A stretch of DNA of 64,000 nucleotides from Cycas panzhihuaensis (taxonomy: Eukaryota > Plantae > Cycadophyta), in assembly GCA_023213395.1 (NCBI GenBank), contig CM041465.1, positions 138,391,741-138,455,740 on the forward strand, given 5' to 3'. A program made the translations under genes and the position numbers. Positions 23,674 to 36,099 of the stretch are shown here, one piece after another; position 1 is the stretch's first letter; every line of letters starts with the position of its first letter. The notes beneath the pieces were generated by a model that worked only from the letters and a program-made list of their open reading frames with translations, made no database searches and was not told where the DNA came from.

Positions 23674-26460
23674 TGTTTCCCAGCTACTCGGAATGGATAA
23701 GGATAGGTCAACCTAGTTAGGCTCAAGTATACTTCTCCCTTTTCACTTGTACTATTTCTTTGGAAAGGTTGACAAAAGTGTTGCCTCGTTGCATGACTGC
23801 TTGCTTCATTTATATGATCACTTTACATTTGTTGCCTGTTCATGCTGCTTGTCATATTGTGAGCCTATGACGACCCAGTGGGACCTACCTTTCCGCAAGG
23901 TAGGCATTCCCATGGCACTTTACGACTCTCCGCGATGTCTCCACACCGCCTTGAGTTTCTATTAGACTGTATGTCCCATTCATCCCTCGACCTTGAGCTC
24001 CTAGCACCTCATTTCTGGGACCTTTTGCCTGTTGATGTTTGCTTGCCTCTGTCCACGTGCATTTTGGACTATCTCAGCCACTTAGACAGGAGGGCCAGCC
24101 CCTCCCAGGCCTGCCACATCACCTCCCAAAGCTCCTGGAACCTAAAATTGCCATTTGGCTTTTACGGTCCCACACCATCAGTAAACTTAGTGAGTGCTGA
24201 AGTTTCTTGGCGGTACCATGAGGTTTGCCATGGTGCGACTATTATCAGTTATTTTTTAAAAAACTGCTATGGCAATTCTCGCATTTCTTGTGGAATCGCC
24301 ACGTGGCCTCGCATCCGCCTTAGCCCTATTCGTGCCATATTCACCTACTTAAGGTTGGGATGGGTATAAGTATCCAAACCCTCATCATTTTGAGGGCTTC
24401 TTAGATCATTTTTTTCACTCTCTTACATAATAGTTCCTGCTGCAACTTCTGCTCTCCTTCTCTTCCTGTTATAGGTGTACTTGTAGGCCTATGTTTCCTG
24501 TAACCTCAGGCTAGGATCTACCTGCAACTACTTACTTCCATGGTAGGAAGCCTCTCTCTAAGTTTTATCAAGCAATTTTGGTGTTGATTCTTCTCCAACT
24601 CACCCAGCAAGTGTCACTTTGGACAGTCCATTGGAATCTCTCCTGCAAACCCTTGCACGGGTCCTCTTCTCCACTGATAGCAAGCCCAAATCTGCCATAT
24701 ATCTGCCCAGTAGATCTTCCGAACTATTTTCTTCTGGATTTATGGTAAGTTACCTCCATATTGGACCTACTTCTTGTCTTGTTTGCCTGTTTCCTTCAGG
24801 TTTCACCATAGCAAGATTTGTTTCCATTATATTTGGCTCGTTGCTTTCTGGCTCTACCTTTCTCTCCACTAGTTTTCTTCGAGGGAGTAGCGAGAGAATA
24901 GTCACAAGGTTGAGTGAAGAGAGCAAGGCGAGGCAGCCCCCCTTTTCAGTCCTTCTCTCCAAGGGTAATCCCTTCCCACCTTCTCTTCTCTTGCTCCATG
25001 CTCTTCTTGGGATTATTAGGAGTGATTGAGCCTTAGGCCTGCGCTGGATTATCAGCATATGCAGCCTCTTGCTGCGTTGATTCTAGGACTGCTCGCCTTT
25101 TGTTTGGACCCCCGTAGTGTCCCTCGGGTTGTTGGGTATCCCTTGATATCATTGGCAAGGGTTGTGCACCGGATTGCTGCCCATAGCAACTCTATGTCTT
25201 GCATATTTCCCCAATGCTTCGTTACCCTTTTCTTTGCATCTCTTGGTTGTCCTTAGTTGTCTTTACCATTACCTTGCTGTGCTTGAGAGTTGTGTGGAAA
25301 ACCCAGCAGAGGGTTAGCCATCCTGAGGCTTCCCTTACTCCATTTTTGCTTGATGTTTATCCTTGCTTGAGAGAGGGTTTTAGAGCTTGTTGCAGTAACT
25401 ATTTTTCCTAACACTCTAACATAAGTATCACATATATACTTGCATATACATAGTTTATCTTTTGTAGCCCCTTCTCAGAAGGGATAAGTCCATGCATGTG
25501 CAGGTTGTCGTGGTGCTCTTGCGAAGGTATAAAGCGTTCGGATCTGGGTAAGGTCTACCATTTTGTTCTTTGCTTTGGCTTCTTTCCTTTTTGCTTTCTT
25601 TTCATAAAGGGGAAGGTAAGGGAGCCCCCACCATTCACGTCAAGACTTGGTTACGCATCCATGGATTGACGCAAGGACGTACGTTGCACGTGGGTGAGGT
25701 CCCCCATCGGCCGCTACATCTTCCGGGTATGTACATCCTTCCTCTAACTCTCGTTTTTCCTTTCTTACTTTTGTTTAGGATCTATGTGTTAGTTAAATAG
25801 GTCACACATAAAAGTAAAAGGGAAAACAGTATATTTTATTTACATTTGTATATTTGTACATTGTATACTCAACCCTCATAGCAAAAGGACCTATAGGAAA
25901 CTCACCCTTCCCTTTTCCTTTTCTTGCAAAGCCTAGCTTGCCCTTTTGGTTCATTCCACTTGGGATTGTTTACTTGTATATGTGACACCTATTCCCATTT
26001 CCTTTCCTGTTTTCTTTTCAAATCGTTAAGGGAAACTTTGGTTTAGTTGTCCCATTCTCTTTTCTCTCTCATCCTCTTGGCCTTATTTGCTTGGTTAAAT
26101 AACCAAGAGGAACCTGGCCACATCGTAAGCTATCGCCTACCTTGTTCCCGCTCGTTTCCCTCCATCATAAGGAAACCTTTGAGGACTCTTTTCTTCCCCT
26201 TCCGGCCACCCAAGGGTGGGAGGATCTTCCTCTCGAGTTTATCTGGGCTACCTTTCTTGTTTTCCCTCTTTCTCTCTTCGATAAAGGACCACCCCAAGGT
26301 AATTGGGTATCATCCGCAGGTCCCAAACTCTTGCTCTGGTGCATGAGGCACCCTGCGTGATACTTACTTTGCTTGTAGGTTTTCACCCGCACCCTCAATA
26401 TCACCATCGACCATCATCATTCCTACCAAGCTTAGCGATTATCCCGTAGACGCGCATCCA
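23674..26460 (+). repeat. Tat 3' LTR
   Basis: Starts TGTTTCCCAGCTACT after the PPT and ends CATCCA. Same length as the 5' LTR. Confidence 0.95.
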
Positions 26461-29383
26461 AATACCAAGATAATAAATAATCCATTGTCTAAGAATTTAA
26501 AGTAAACACAATGATCATACTCACTTCTTTTAAAATTTTAGCTCTCCATGAAGGTATTAAACTTCCTATACCATTGCTTGGTACAATGATTTCCTGAGCC
26601 TATAAATAACTCTTTTCTTGTCATCCTATACAAACCCTTATGGTTGATCCATATAGATCTCTTTATCTAAATCTCCATATAGAAATGTTATTTTTACATC
26701 TAACTACTCAAACTCTAAATCAAGAGAAGCTATCAATGCTAACAAAACCCAAATTGAAACAAGTTTGATAACTGGTGAAAAGATCTCATGAAAGTCAATA
26801 CTTACTTTCGATATAAAACCTTTAGCTACCAGTCTTACTCTATATTTATCAATCTTTCTATCAACATCTATTTTCTTCTTAAAAACCCACCTGCAACCAA
26901 CAATCTTCTAACCATGTGGAAGTTCTACCAAGTCCCATGAATTATTTTCTTCAAAGCATCTAATTCTTCCTGCATAACCCTCTTCCACTTCTCACTATGG
27001 ATATCATCTACTACTTCCTCATTAAATGTAGGCTCACCATTATTAGAAACCAAAGTAATAGAAATAGAAGGGTGTACCTATCAGGTGGATGACTTATTTA
27101 TATAGACCTTCTAACAGTTGGTGGAGGAGTGTCCATATACTCCTATAAATCTGTTGTAGATTCATCTTGAAAAAAGTCTTCTTACTCTTCTATTTTTAAA
27201 AATGGCTAGGTCTCAAGCTTGACCTGTTGATGTTCAAATTTCTACTCCTATTTCACTTCAACTTCTACACTATCTAATTTTATAAAGGGAGATTCATCAA
27301 ACATAACATCTCTATTAATAATCATTTTGTAGGTAGTGGGATCCCATAACCTATATCCCTTCACACTATCTCTATCACCATAACTAACAAAGATATATCT
27401 CTTAGATTTTGGGTCTAACTTTTATTAGTCAAGGCATAAGCATCATAACCAAAAACTTTCAAATTTGAATAGTCACATACATGTCCAGTCTATACCTCTT
27501 TAGGAATCTTATAGTCTATTACAAGTGATAGGGACCTATTTACCAAATAATAAGTTATCTAGATATCTTCTGCCCATAAGCCCTGCTCCACTCCTACATT
27601 ACTTAGCATGCTTCTTGCTCTTTCCAAGAGTGTCATATTCATGTACTCAGTTATGTCATTCTATTGTGGAGTATAACTAGTGGTCTTATACCTTTCAATC
27701 CTAGCTTTTCTGCAATAGTTCTCAAACTCCAAGGAGTTGAACTCACCTCCATTATCAGTTCTTAAATATTTGATTGACCTGTCAATGCTCTTCTTAACTA
27801 GAGCCTTACACTGCTTAAACACACTAAATACTTTAGATTTCTTTTTTAAAAAATAGACCCATACTTTTATAGAGCAATCATCTATAAATGTGATAAAGTA
27901 CAATGATCCTCTATAAGATATTAAAGGGGCTAGTTCCCACACATCTGAATATACATAATCCAGAACACGTTTACTAGTGTAACTCCCTACTTTAAACCTG
28001 AGTCTATACTACTTTAAAAAAATCTAATGTTTACAAAAAGTCAAATCTGAAAGCTGTAAATTATGAAGCAACTTACAGTTTATCAGCATCTTAAGTTCTC
28101 TCTCACTCATGTGCCCAAGTCTCTGATGCCATAACTGAGCTAGATCTTTTGCAGTCTTTAATGTTGTAGCTACATGGCTGCCATATATAGTTCCCACTAA
28201 AATGTAAAGGTTTCCTTTCTTTAAGGCTTTCATAACAACCAAGGCGCCCTTTGACACCTTTAAGACTCCTTCATAATCTGTGTACTTATGACCACCAGAA
28301 TCTAGTTCATACAAAGAAATTATATTCCTTTTTAGATCAAGTACATGTCTAACTTTAGTTAATATTCTTACTATACCATTGAACATTTTAATTCTGATGC
28401 TACCAATGCCCATTGTTTTGTAGGAAACTTCATTTTCCATAAGCACATCACCACCATCAAGAGGTTGGTATAATGAGAACCAACTCTTATGTAGACACAT
28501 ATGGTGTGAAACACTTGAATATAATAATCAATCATGTTGATAATGGGAAATATTATAAGCAACCAAGACATCATCATTTGTACCTTGATTTGACTCCACA
28601 CGATTAGCCTCATTGGTAGGATCTTCATTTTTCTGGAACTTCTTTCTTTTATAACAATCCTTCTTGAGATGACATGTCTTATTATAGTGCCAATATCTGA
28701 GCTTACTCTTCTTGCCTTTTGACTTTGACCTTGATGTGTTCCTAGAGCTTTGTCCTCACTCAATCATTCTGCCTCTTGATGTCATAGCTTTTGGTGTGGA
28801 GGTTTCAAGACTGAACTGCCTTCTCACTTCTTCTATCAGCAAAGCACTTATAATAGAATCATAGTCTAATTCATCTATAATGCTAAAACTAATTGAGGTG
28901 ACAATATTATCCCAAGATTCTAGTAATGAATATAACAAGGTAACAACCTGACCATCCTCAATCGTGACATCGATACTAGCCAATTGACAAATAAAAGTAT
29001 TGAAAATATTTAAATGATCAATATTTTTGTACCTTCCTTCATCTGCAATGAGTACAACTACCTCTTCAAGTAGATTTGATTCGTCACTGATTTTGTCATA
29101 TACAAGCCTTCCAACTGGATCCGTAATCCTATTGTTGTCTACTCCCCTTCGATATTAAATAAAACTTCATCCACTAAGCATAATTGTATTGTGCTAGTAG
29201 CCCTTTTGTCTAGATCATCCCATTTGTCATCATTCATCCCCGCGGGTTTTTCAATTTGCCTACAAAAGCTTTGTACAAACCTTGTTATACCAGAAGATCA
29301 TACATTTTCAACTTCCACAACTCGAAGTTATTCTTGCTATTAAATTTCTCCACCTTGAACTTTACATTTGCCAATTTTACCAT
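26461..29383 (-). pseudogene. Copia gag-PR-INT-RT(N) (degenerate)
   Basis: MVKLANVKFKVEKFNSKNNFELWKLKM start, LWHQRLGHMSE, YFITFIDDCS, LRTDNGGEF, GCRWVFK and FSPV motifs. Confidence 0.92.
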
Positions 29384-29455
29384 TTGGTATAAAAAAAGTC
29401 GACACCCAAACCTTTATAAACTCACTGTAAAAATAAAAGTGGCTCTGATACTATT

Positions 29456-30115
29456 TATTGTGTAAACTAGATCCCAATAACCAGAAACCACCACAAAGAT
29501 CTAAATTATTTTATAATTAATTACAAGAATCAAAACTGAATTTTAACATACAAGTTCTTAAACCAGAGATAATACAATAAATGAATTAGAAAGCCAAGCA
29601 TCACATATATGCCCGATATAACGTGGTAAAACCCTAGCAGTGTGCTAGGAAAACATCCATATAGGAAAGGTATCAATCTTTATTATCAAAGAATGGAGAA
29701 ATATAAATAATCTATAGCAAAATACTCATAGCAATAATAACTAGTTGTCTCTACTCAATACAGTATATCCAATACATTGAACACCATCAACATAATGAAA
29801 AAACACCTTAAATCAGGCTATATGAGAGTCATATAAGATATAAATCTTGACCATTAAATCAGAAGTATTTTAAATGAACAACCCTAATTCTCTTTACAAT
29901 TTAGTATGCTTTTCAGTGTTATCTTTTTGAGTTAAGGGCTACCACCCTTAAACCACCTCTTTACAAAGGGTTTCTGACTCCCCCCCGCCAACACCCCCTA
30001 GCCAAGGGGGACTCCTGCTCCTCTTAGATCCCCCCATAGAAGTTTGGGGAGAAAGTTGTGCTGCCAACCTATCAAAATTTTAGCCTCCAAAACATTATTA
30101 TTATATTATCTAATA
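29456..30115 (-). repeat. Copia 5' LTR
   Basis: Matches 7749-8413 and is adjacent to the PBS. Confidence 0.9.
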
Positions 30116-30917
30116 CAATAGAGGATGGAGGAGGTGACAGAGGTTTATCAAGAATACCACATAAAGAATGAGCCTTATCTGTCGATGAGAACAGAGAATG
30201 GGGTGATAACCCCAATAGGTATACAAAAAGTGAAGGTGCCCTCATCATAAGATCTCTAGATCAAACCCCATGGCCTCTTCGTATTCTTATTCCTTTGACA
30301 GAGAGCCCGGTATGCTTATGAAGGATTAATAGGCACAAAGTATGACCAAATAATTCTCTGCAAATTCCCAAGTCCATTTTATTCACTTCTGCAACAAATC
30401 CAATTGTTTAGAAATGCCTTCATTTCCATAACATGTTACTTATATTATTTCCACTCGAGCATCTAGGCGCTCCTACTAATCAAAATAGGAAGCCCTTTGC
30501 TAAAGTAAATTTTATTAACTCTCTAGAAAGGTGTTGAAAATTGTTTACCCTACTCTTGACCAAAAATCAACATTTACTATCGCTTAATTTTTTTTGCATA
30601 GAATATTATAAGTTTGGCCAACAGGGTAAACAACTTTACTGACTTAAGGTTTTGACGGAGACATGCCATGATTTAATATAATCGATGACCAACAAAGTAA
30701 AATTCTCTTCAACGCTCCAATAGATGCATGTAATCTATACTTACAAATCTCACTTATTGGGGATAATGAGAAAGAATATTACACATCAAGCATTTCCATG
30801 TAGGATTGATTTTCCCATAGCCACTCATATACATCATATATAGATGTCAATAACCTAATAGAACTCATGTTATAAGAAAGAAAAAGGGCCTACAAATATC
30901 ATTTGCAACACCCATTC

Positions 30918-31047
30918 TCACTTGCTACCTCGGGCCACCATCTCTTAGTAGTGTGAAAATTATTCTTATCTCTAAGGATGAATTTGTTGATTAAATTTAG
31001 CAATAAAATCCTCCATAAGCTTGTTTAATTCTTTATTAGGGATGGGA
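30918..31047 (-). pseudogene. Captured C-terminus of a DUF761 (cotton-fibre-expressed-like) gene
   Basis: Translates ELNKLMEDFIAKFNQQIHP*R*E*FSHY*EMVARGSK*. Reverting single substitutions gives the DUF761-type signature ELN..VEDFI.KFN.Q.RLQRQES...Y.EM..RG, ending at a stop. Confidence 0.78.
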
Positions 31048-31569
31048 AGCTTGTTAATGATTCTGAAAACATTCAAACCAGTAATGAGATCGGCATCCTT
31101 GGTGGCCTATCTTTGAGAATCATTGAAATAAGCTGGCATAGTAATAATAGTGTTCTTTATAATCTAACCCAAAAAATGCCTCTACAATCTCTTTCATCTT
31201 ACTCAAGACCATAGAGGAAATTTCTTCAAGAGAAAAATGTTTCTTCTCATCTTTATATCTAACCTCAATCATGGGCTTATCATCAAGACCAACAAAAACC
31301 TTAAAAGGCCACATCTTCATGTCCTTCTACATAGAAGGATCATTGAAACACATTCAGATCAATCTATTTACATCAAATACAGTATTCTGTGGATTCATGG
31401 ATGCCTAATTCTTAGTTATGTCTCCTATGAGGCATTTAGTATTAGTGAAAACCACATAAGAGGGAGTAGTCCTATTCCCCTAATCATTTGGAGTTATCTC
31501 CACTTGATCATACTACCATACACCAATGCAGTTGTACATCATTCCCAAATCAATTCCAACTACCTTCAT
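31048..31569 (-). pseudogene. HSP70: Captured cytosolic HSP70 N-terminal (ATPase) fragment, intronless, with stops and one frameshift
   Basis: VGIDLG...GVW*YDQVEI..ND*GNRTTPSYV.FT...NPQNTVFD...KMWPFKV...[13 protein letters not shown]...[14 protein letters not shown]...GLNVFRIIN. Confidence 0.95.
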
Positions 31570-31871
31570 ATAAATCATTTCCCATGCATAAATTAAGTTG
31601 AAAGCCTAATGAAAATCATAATACGGGGATAGAAAATAGTAATATAATCTAAGGGCAGGTCATAACACCAAAGACACCAAGCAATAGCTAACCATAGTTA
31701 ATTCCAACATCACCACATCATCATTATAGCAACAATTAGAGCCCATAGAAAGACTCTTAGATTGAATGCACACATAGTTATATTATACATATCACTCACA
31801 TCCTAGGTTTAAGCAGTGCCATCTTGAGAAGTACGAGGATGGCTACCTTTAAAACTTACTCTAATAGTACA

Positions 31872-32237
31872 TGTAAGATGCACGCACTCGATAATCAAGA
31901 ACTAAAAATTATCAACATAAACCAATGTATAGATCTATTGATATGTTTCACTGAATATTGAATGTATACATATATATAGCAATGTAAAATTGTTATAAGA
32001 GAGGCTTTTTAGAATATGAAGAGTTGATCATGAAAGGTAACACATGGCACCTTGTATGATTAATGTTATAATGATATTACAATGAGGTGAGAGTAAATGA
32101 GACCCCATACATATAGGGTCACATCCTCAAACTATTACTAATCCTAACTATGACACTAATACCTTTATAATGCACTAACATAACATCACTTTAAACATTA
32201 AACATATGACCTTTAAATTAAACATTATATTCCAACA
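31872..32237 (-). repeat. 5' LTR of the outer non-autonomous element
   Basis: TGTAAGATGCAC...ATTCCAACA followed by TSD ATTAT. Confidence 0.9.
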
Positions 32238-33843
32238 ATTATTTTTACTATTATAACATTTTTCAATGTTTTTATAGAGCCTATTTAGTGTCATGTAGTG
32301 ACCTATATAGTCCATTTGAAGAGTTATTTTCAAGCTAATTGAGAGTTGTATTTTGATGTATTTTTATGCACATTTAGGGGTTATTTTTTAGAATTGTTTT
32401 GAAGTTTTTTGGGGCTATTATTTCATAAGATTTCTAAAGTTTTTAAGGCCTATTTTATGATATATTTGGAGTATTTTATAGTAAATTTATTATAAATTCA
32501 AAGAAGGTTGTTCTTACAAATTTTGAAGTTGTTATTCATGGAGGAAAAGTAGCATATCTACTATCAAAAAAAGAGATCAATTACAAAAGAAAAAGAGACC
32601 CACTGAAATAAAAATGAGTTGTGGGACTGACCATCCCAATTGCTCAAATATGAGCTATTTTTTTGAAAAGAATAGAAAAATATTTGGCCTCTTAGTAGCC
32701 TTATTTAAATTTTTTTGCAATGTTTATCAAGTGAGAAAGTTGTCTTGTGAAAGAGTATTGTAGCTTAGGTTTCAAGTTTGTCTTCCATATCCCACTCTTA
32801 AAAAAATGAGGCAAAAGCAAAACATGCATATAAAAAATAAAGCATATTCCTTGTCACTAAAAAAGCTCCTCTCATCCCTTTGTATCTAATTCTATTCTGA
32901 TTTTATTTGGTTATTTGAAAAGTGTAGGAATCTAATGTAGGCTTATTGCAATGTTTAAAGTAGTGCCAGTACTAATGTAGGTCATGTTCATAGCCTAGTG
33001 TTAGTACCTGCACACTAGTTGTTGTATTACCAAGGAAAAGGTTTTAGGGTTTGAACAAAAATTGCCCATTGCACTGCACTGCACTACCATCTAATATCAT
33101 GGCACTTGCTCTATCAAGAACCCTCCCATCTTTGCTCAGTACTCACTTTCACCTCTTCCATAAGGAACTTTTCCACTGAGTCTCCCAAATCAACTACTAC
33201 CCTATGTTCATGGACTCTATTGCTCTTCAACCCTCTAACAACCCTCTTCAAATGGCACACTATCAACAATGTGAGATTATATAGTAGATGACTATGAAAT
33301 GGTTAATTTTTTTTTAAGATAGAATTGAAGATGAAAACCACAACCAATTTTTTGGTGAAACATGAAAGCTAAAAGCAAAACACAAATTTCACTAGTAAAG
33401 CCCTCCTTGCAAGGAGAATAAAGTAAGCCATGTCTACTAGAGATAAGAAGTCTATATCTCGAAAGGAGAGGCCCCAGATAAAAGGGACTGTAGACAAGAA
33501 GGTTTGGCTAGATAGTAATGGAGAAACCTGCATAAATAAATCACTCTCTTTTGGATGGAGTATCTACCTTCGACTTCATGATAAATCTAGTTTAGTCACC
33601 ACTCAATGTCAATTACATAATCAAAAAAAAGAGAAGCATTCAAGGGCAAAACTATCATTGAACTAATGTAGATGTAGAAGAATCACATAGAGCACCCCAA
33701 GCATACATAGTTGCATTATGCAAATGCCCCTGCATACCTTGCACACAACATCGAAATTACCAAAATCCAGACATAGTTGTAGAGACAAAGTATGAAGAAG
33801 TTGAATTGCTACACAATGAAAAAATAATAATAATAAACCCTAA

Positions 33844-34303
33844 GGTTGCAGTCCCATGTAGGAGGGCTTTTAGAAAACCCGAAGTAGTTGTGCTCCATTT
33901 TTTACAAGGCGGATAGGGGAAATTGGGTCCCGTGGGATTTTTCCATTTCCCTACACCACATTCTCCTACCATGGGATAGCATTGTAAAGGTATAAATGCA
34001 CACTACAGATGCGACAATTACATATCAAAATATTTGGCATGAAGAAGTTGGCACAAAATTTTTTTGGCAAAATAATCCCTCACCAATCAAACAATACCAA
34101 TTGTCTAGTCTATAAATTGAGTGGGTTCCACTCAATTCAACAACACAATTTTTGTGTTGCTAAAAAATGACAGAGTTGAGTCATTTTACTCCAGGAATCT
34201 CAAAGAAGATTTGCTCTTCTCCTGTAAGCGGGTTCCCACCCACTACATGGGACCAGCTGGGTTGCAAAAATCAAAGCCTAGCCCTCTACATAGAATCGTG
34301 CTC
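33844..34303. mobile_element. PIF/Harbinger (Tourist-like) MITE, short decayed copy
   Basis: TAA on both flanks. Ends GGTTGCAGTCCCATG and CATAGAATCGTGCTC. Both arms are homologous to 57071-57974. Confidence 0.8.
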
Positions 34304-34943
34304 TAAATTGTAGATAAGAGTTTTATTTTCTAAAATATTTTTGTATATAATAACATTGATATTCAAATGGCAGACATGAAATAATCTTACAAAAGGATTT
34401 TACTTTTTTACATTTGTAAAATTAGAGTTAATTATATTTTATAAGTTTTAGGGTCTGTCAGCCCCCTTATTGGTCAATCCCCAGTCATTTGTAACGCTTA
34501 TGTGATAAGTGGCTTAGTGCGAAAGAAGCCAAGCCCTTGTTTTCAACCCTCTAAAGAGTTATCTTCATTTTTTTAGTAATAATTTGAACATGCAAACTCT
34601 AATTTCAACTTTATTAGTTATGTTATATTCATAAATGAGAGCCCTTCAATTTGGTAAGTCATGTGACAAATTTTGAAGCTGATTTGATGTAAAAATTTTA
34701 GTCTAAAGTTTTTTTTAATAATTTTAAGCATATTCATTTATTTTTTCAAAGCTTCTATTATATTTGTTACACATTATTTTGATATAATATATCTCAAATA
34801 GGAGGGTAAATGTAAAAATTCATATCATAAGCTTATTTTTAAGCTCTTAAAGACCCATTTCATTAAAGTTATCATTTAGAGAGAGTCATTTAATGTTTAT
34901 TAAGTCACATCCTTATTTTTATGTCATTTTATTATAATGGTGG

Positions 34944-34950
<7 letters not shown>

Positions 34951-34998
<48 letters not shown>
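34951..34998. repeat. (TG)24 microsatellite
   Basis: Direct reading. Confidence 0.97.
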
Positions 34999-35006
<8 letters not shown>

Positions 35007-35229
35007 TTTATATGTCCATTAAGGCGATTTGAGGCCATAATGCCTTTGTATAAGGCCATAGAGTATTTATGAGGCCATTGTGTCTTTTGTTTTCAATCAT
35101 AGATACTGAAGAGCTATTTATTATCCTATATTGGCAAGAGATGGAACCCCATTTTTTATGCTACTCTTGTACATTATCATCAACTTACATATGGACCATA
35201 AGACAATACGTTCCCTAGGTGAAGTTGAC

Positions 35230-35900
35230 TTGGTACAAATTGTACCACGTATATGAAAGAACATCTTAACTAATCAGTGGTCACAACGGTAAGCTACCCA
35301 TATGATCTGATGGATGGAACTCACTTCATATAGACATCAACAATACACTATGTTTATTATAATAATTTGTTCTAACACCATTTAAAGACTTATACTTCTA
35401 TTCTGAAGTGACATTTTATTTAATATAAGTGTTTATTATAGGAGGAAATATTGAGTGTAATATATAATTACATTCACACCCCATTCATACTCTCTTATAC
35501 ATTATTTATATTTTATATTGTAGGTCAGCTTGGGTTATGTGCCACCTTGAAATATGTGACAGCACACAATCGTTGATCCTTGAGGATTCTCACATGCAGT
35601 GACTTGTATTATAAATATATATATCATCTTTCATATAATTTGAAGTTTGACAATTCTTCCACCTACATTGAGGTTACACATGTACATACTTCATATATAT
35701 TGAGCTTATTGTTCTATTCTTTCACTCACCATATTAATTCATCCTTGTTTATTGTTGGGTCTACTTTATATATTTTCATCTTATTCCAACATAGTAGTAT
35801 CAAAGTCACGTACATTCTATATTCCAACATAAAGGTATTAGAATTGACACTTTCATATTCCAACATGGTATCAAAGTCGTTGCTTTCATATTCCAATAAC
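35230..35900 (+). mobile_element. Short-LTR retroelement relic related to the outer element: 3' internal segment, PPT, ~340-bp LTR, repeated LTR-end/PBS
   Basis: 35295-35317 matches the rc of 5567-5589 at 20/23. PPT ATAGGAGGAAA at ~35438-35448. TGGTATCAAAGT PBS at 35866. Confidence 0.55.
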
Positions 35901-36099
35901 TACTCTATTAACCCAAGTCATAATGTGGATTATTAGGATTATTACAAACTAAGAAATCTAAAGGAATTATTCAAAGCATGAACAAAGTATTATCATCATT
36001 TAATGAAGACCCTAAGGTAATAATGACAATTTTAGACAAACCCTTTAATAAAGTAATTAGTAAATGCATTGCAATAGCGAACTTGTTGCCAATGCAAAC

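Larger units (their letters stand above)
9435..26460 (+). mobile_element. Ty3/gypsy non-chromovirus, Tat clade, 17 kb, with extra PMD and aRH modules
   Basis: Two 2787-bp LTRs (9435-12221 and 23674-26460, TG...CA). TSD AATAT/AATAC. PBS TGGTGACTATACTGGGGA (tRNA-Arg type, as in Tat/Ogre) at 12223-12240. PPT AAGGGGGCAG at 23664-23673. Confidence 0.95.
7749..30115 (-). mobile_element. Ty1/copia LTR retrotransposon (Tork/Tnt1-like), degenerate, split by a gypsy insertion
   Basis: LTRs 7749-8413 and 29456-30115. TSD TAACA/CAATA (inferred ancestral CAACA). PBS rc TAGTATCAGAGCC at 29441-29453. PPT at 8414-8424. Gag-pol order is GAG-PR-INT-RT-RH. Confidence 0.93.
5087..32237 (-). mobile_element. Non-autonomous LTR retrotransposon (~4.8 kb once nested insertions are removed) carrying host-gene fragments
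   Basis: Direct repeats 5087-5442 and 31872-32237 (TG...CA) with a perfect 5-bp TSD ATTAT (5082-5086 and 32238-32242). Degenerate Met-type PBS at ~31858-31871. PPT (rc ATAGGGAGA) at 5443-5451. No gag/pol recognised internally. Confidence 0.88.
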
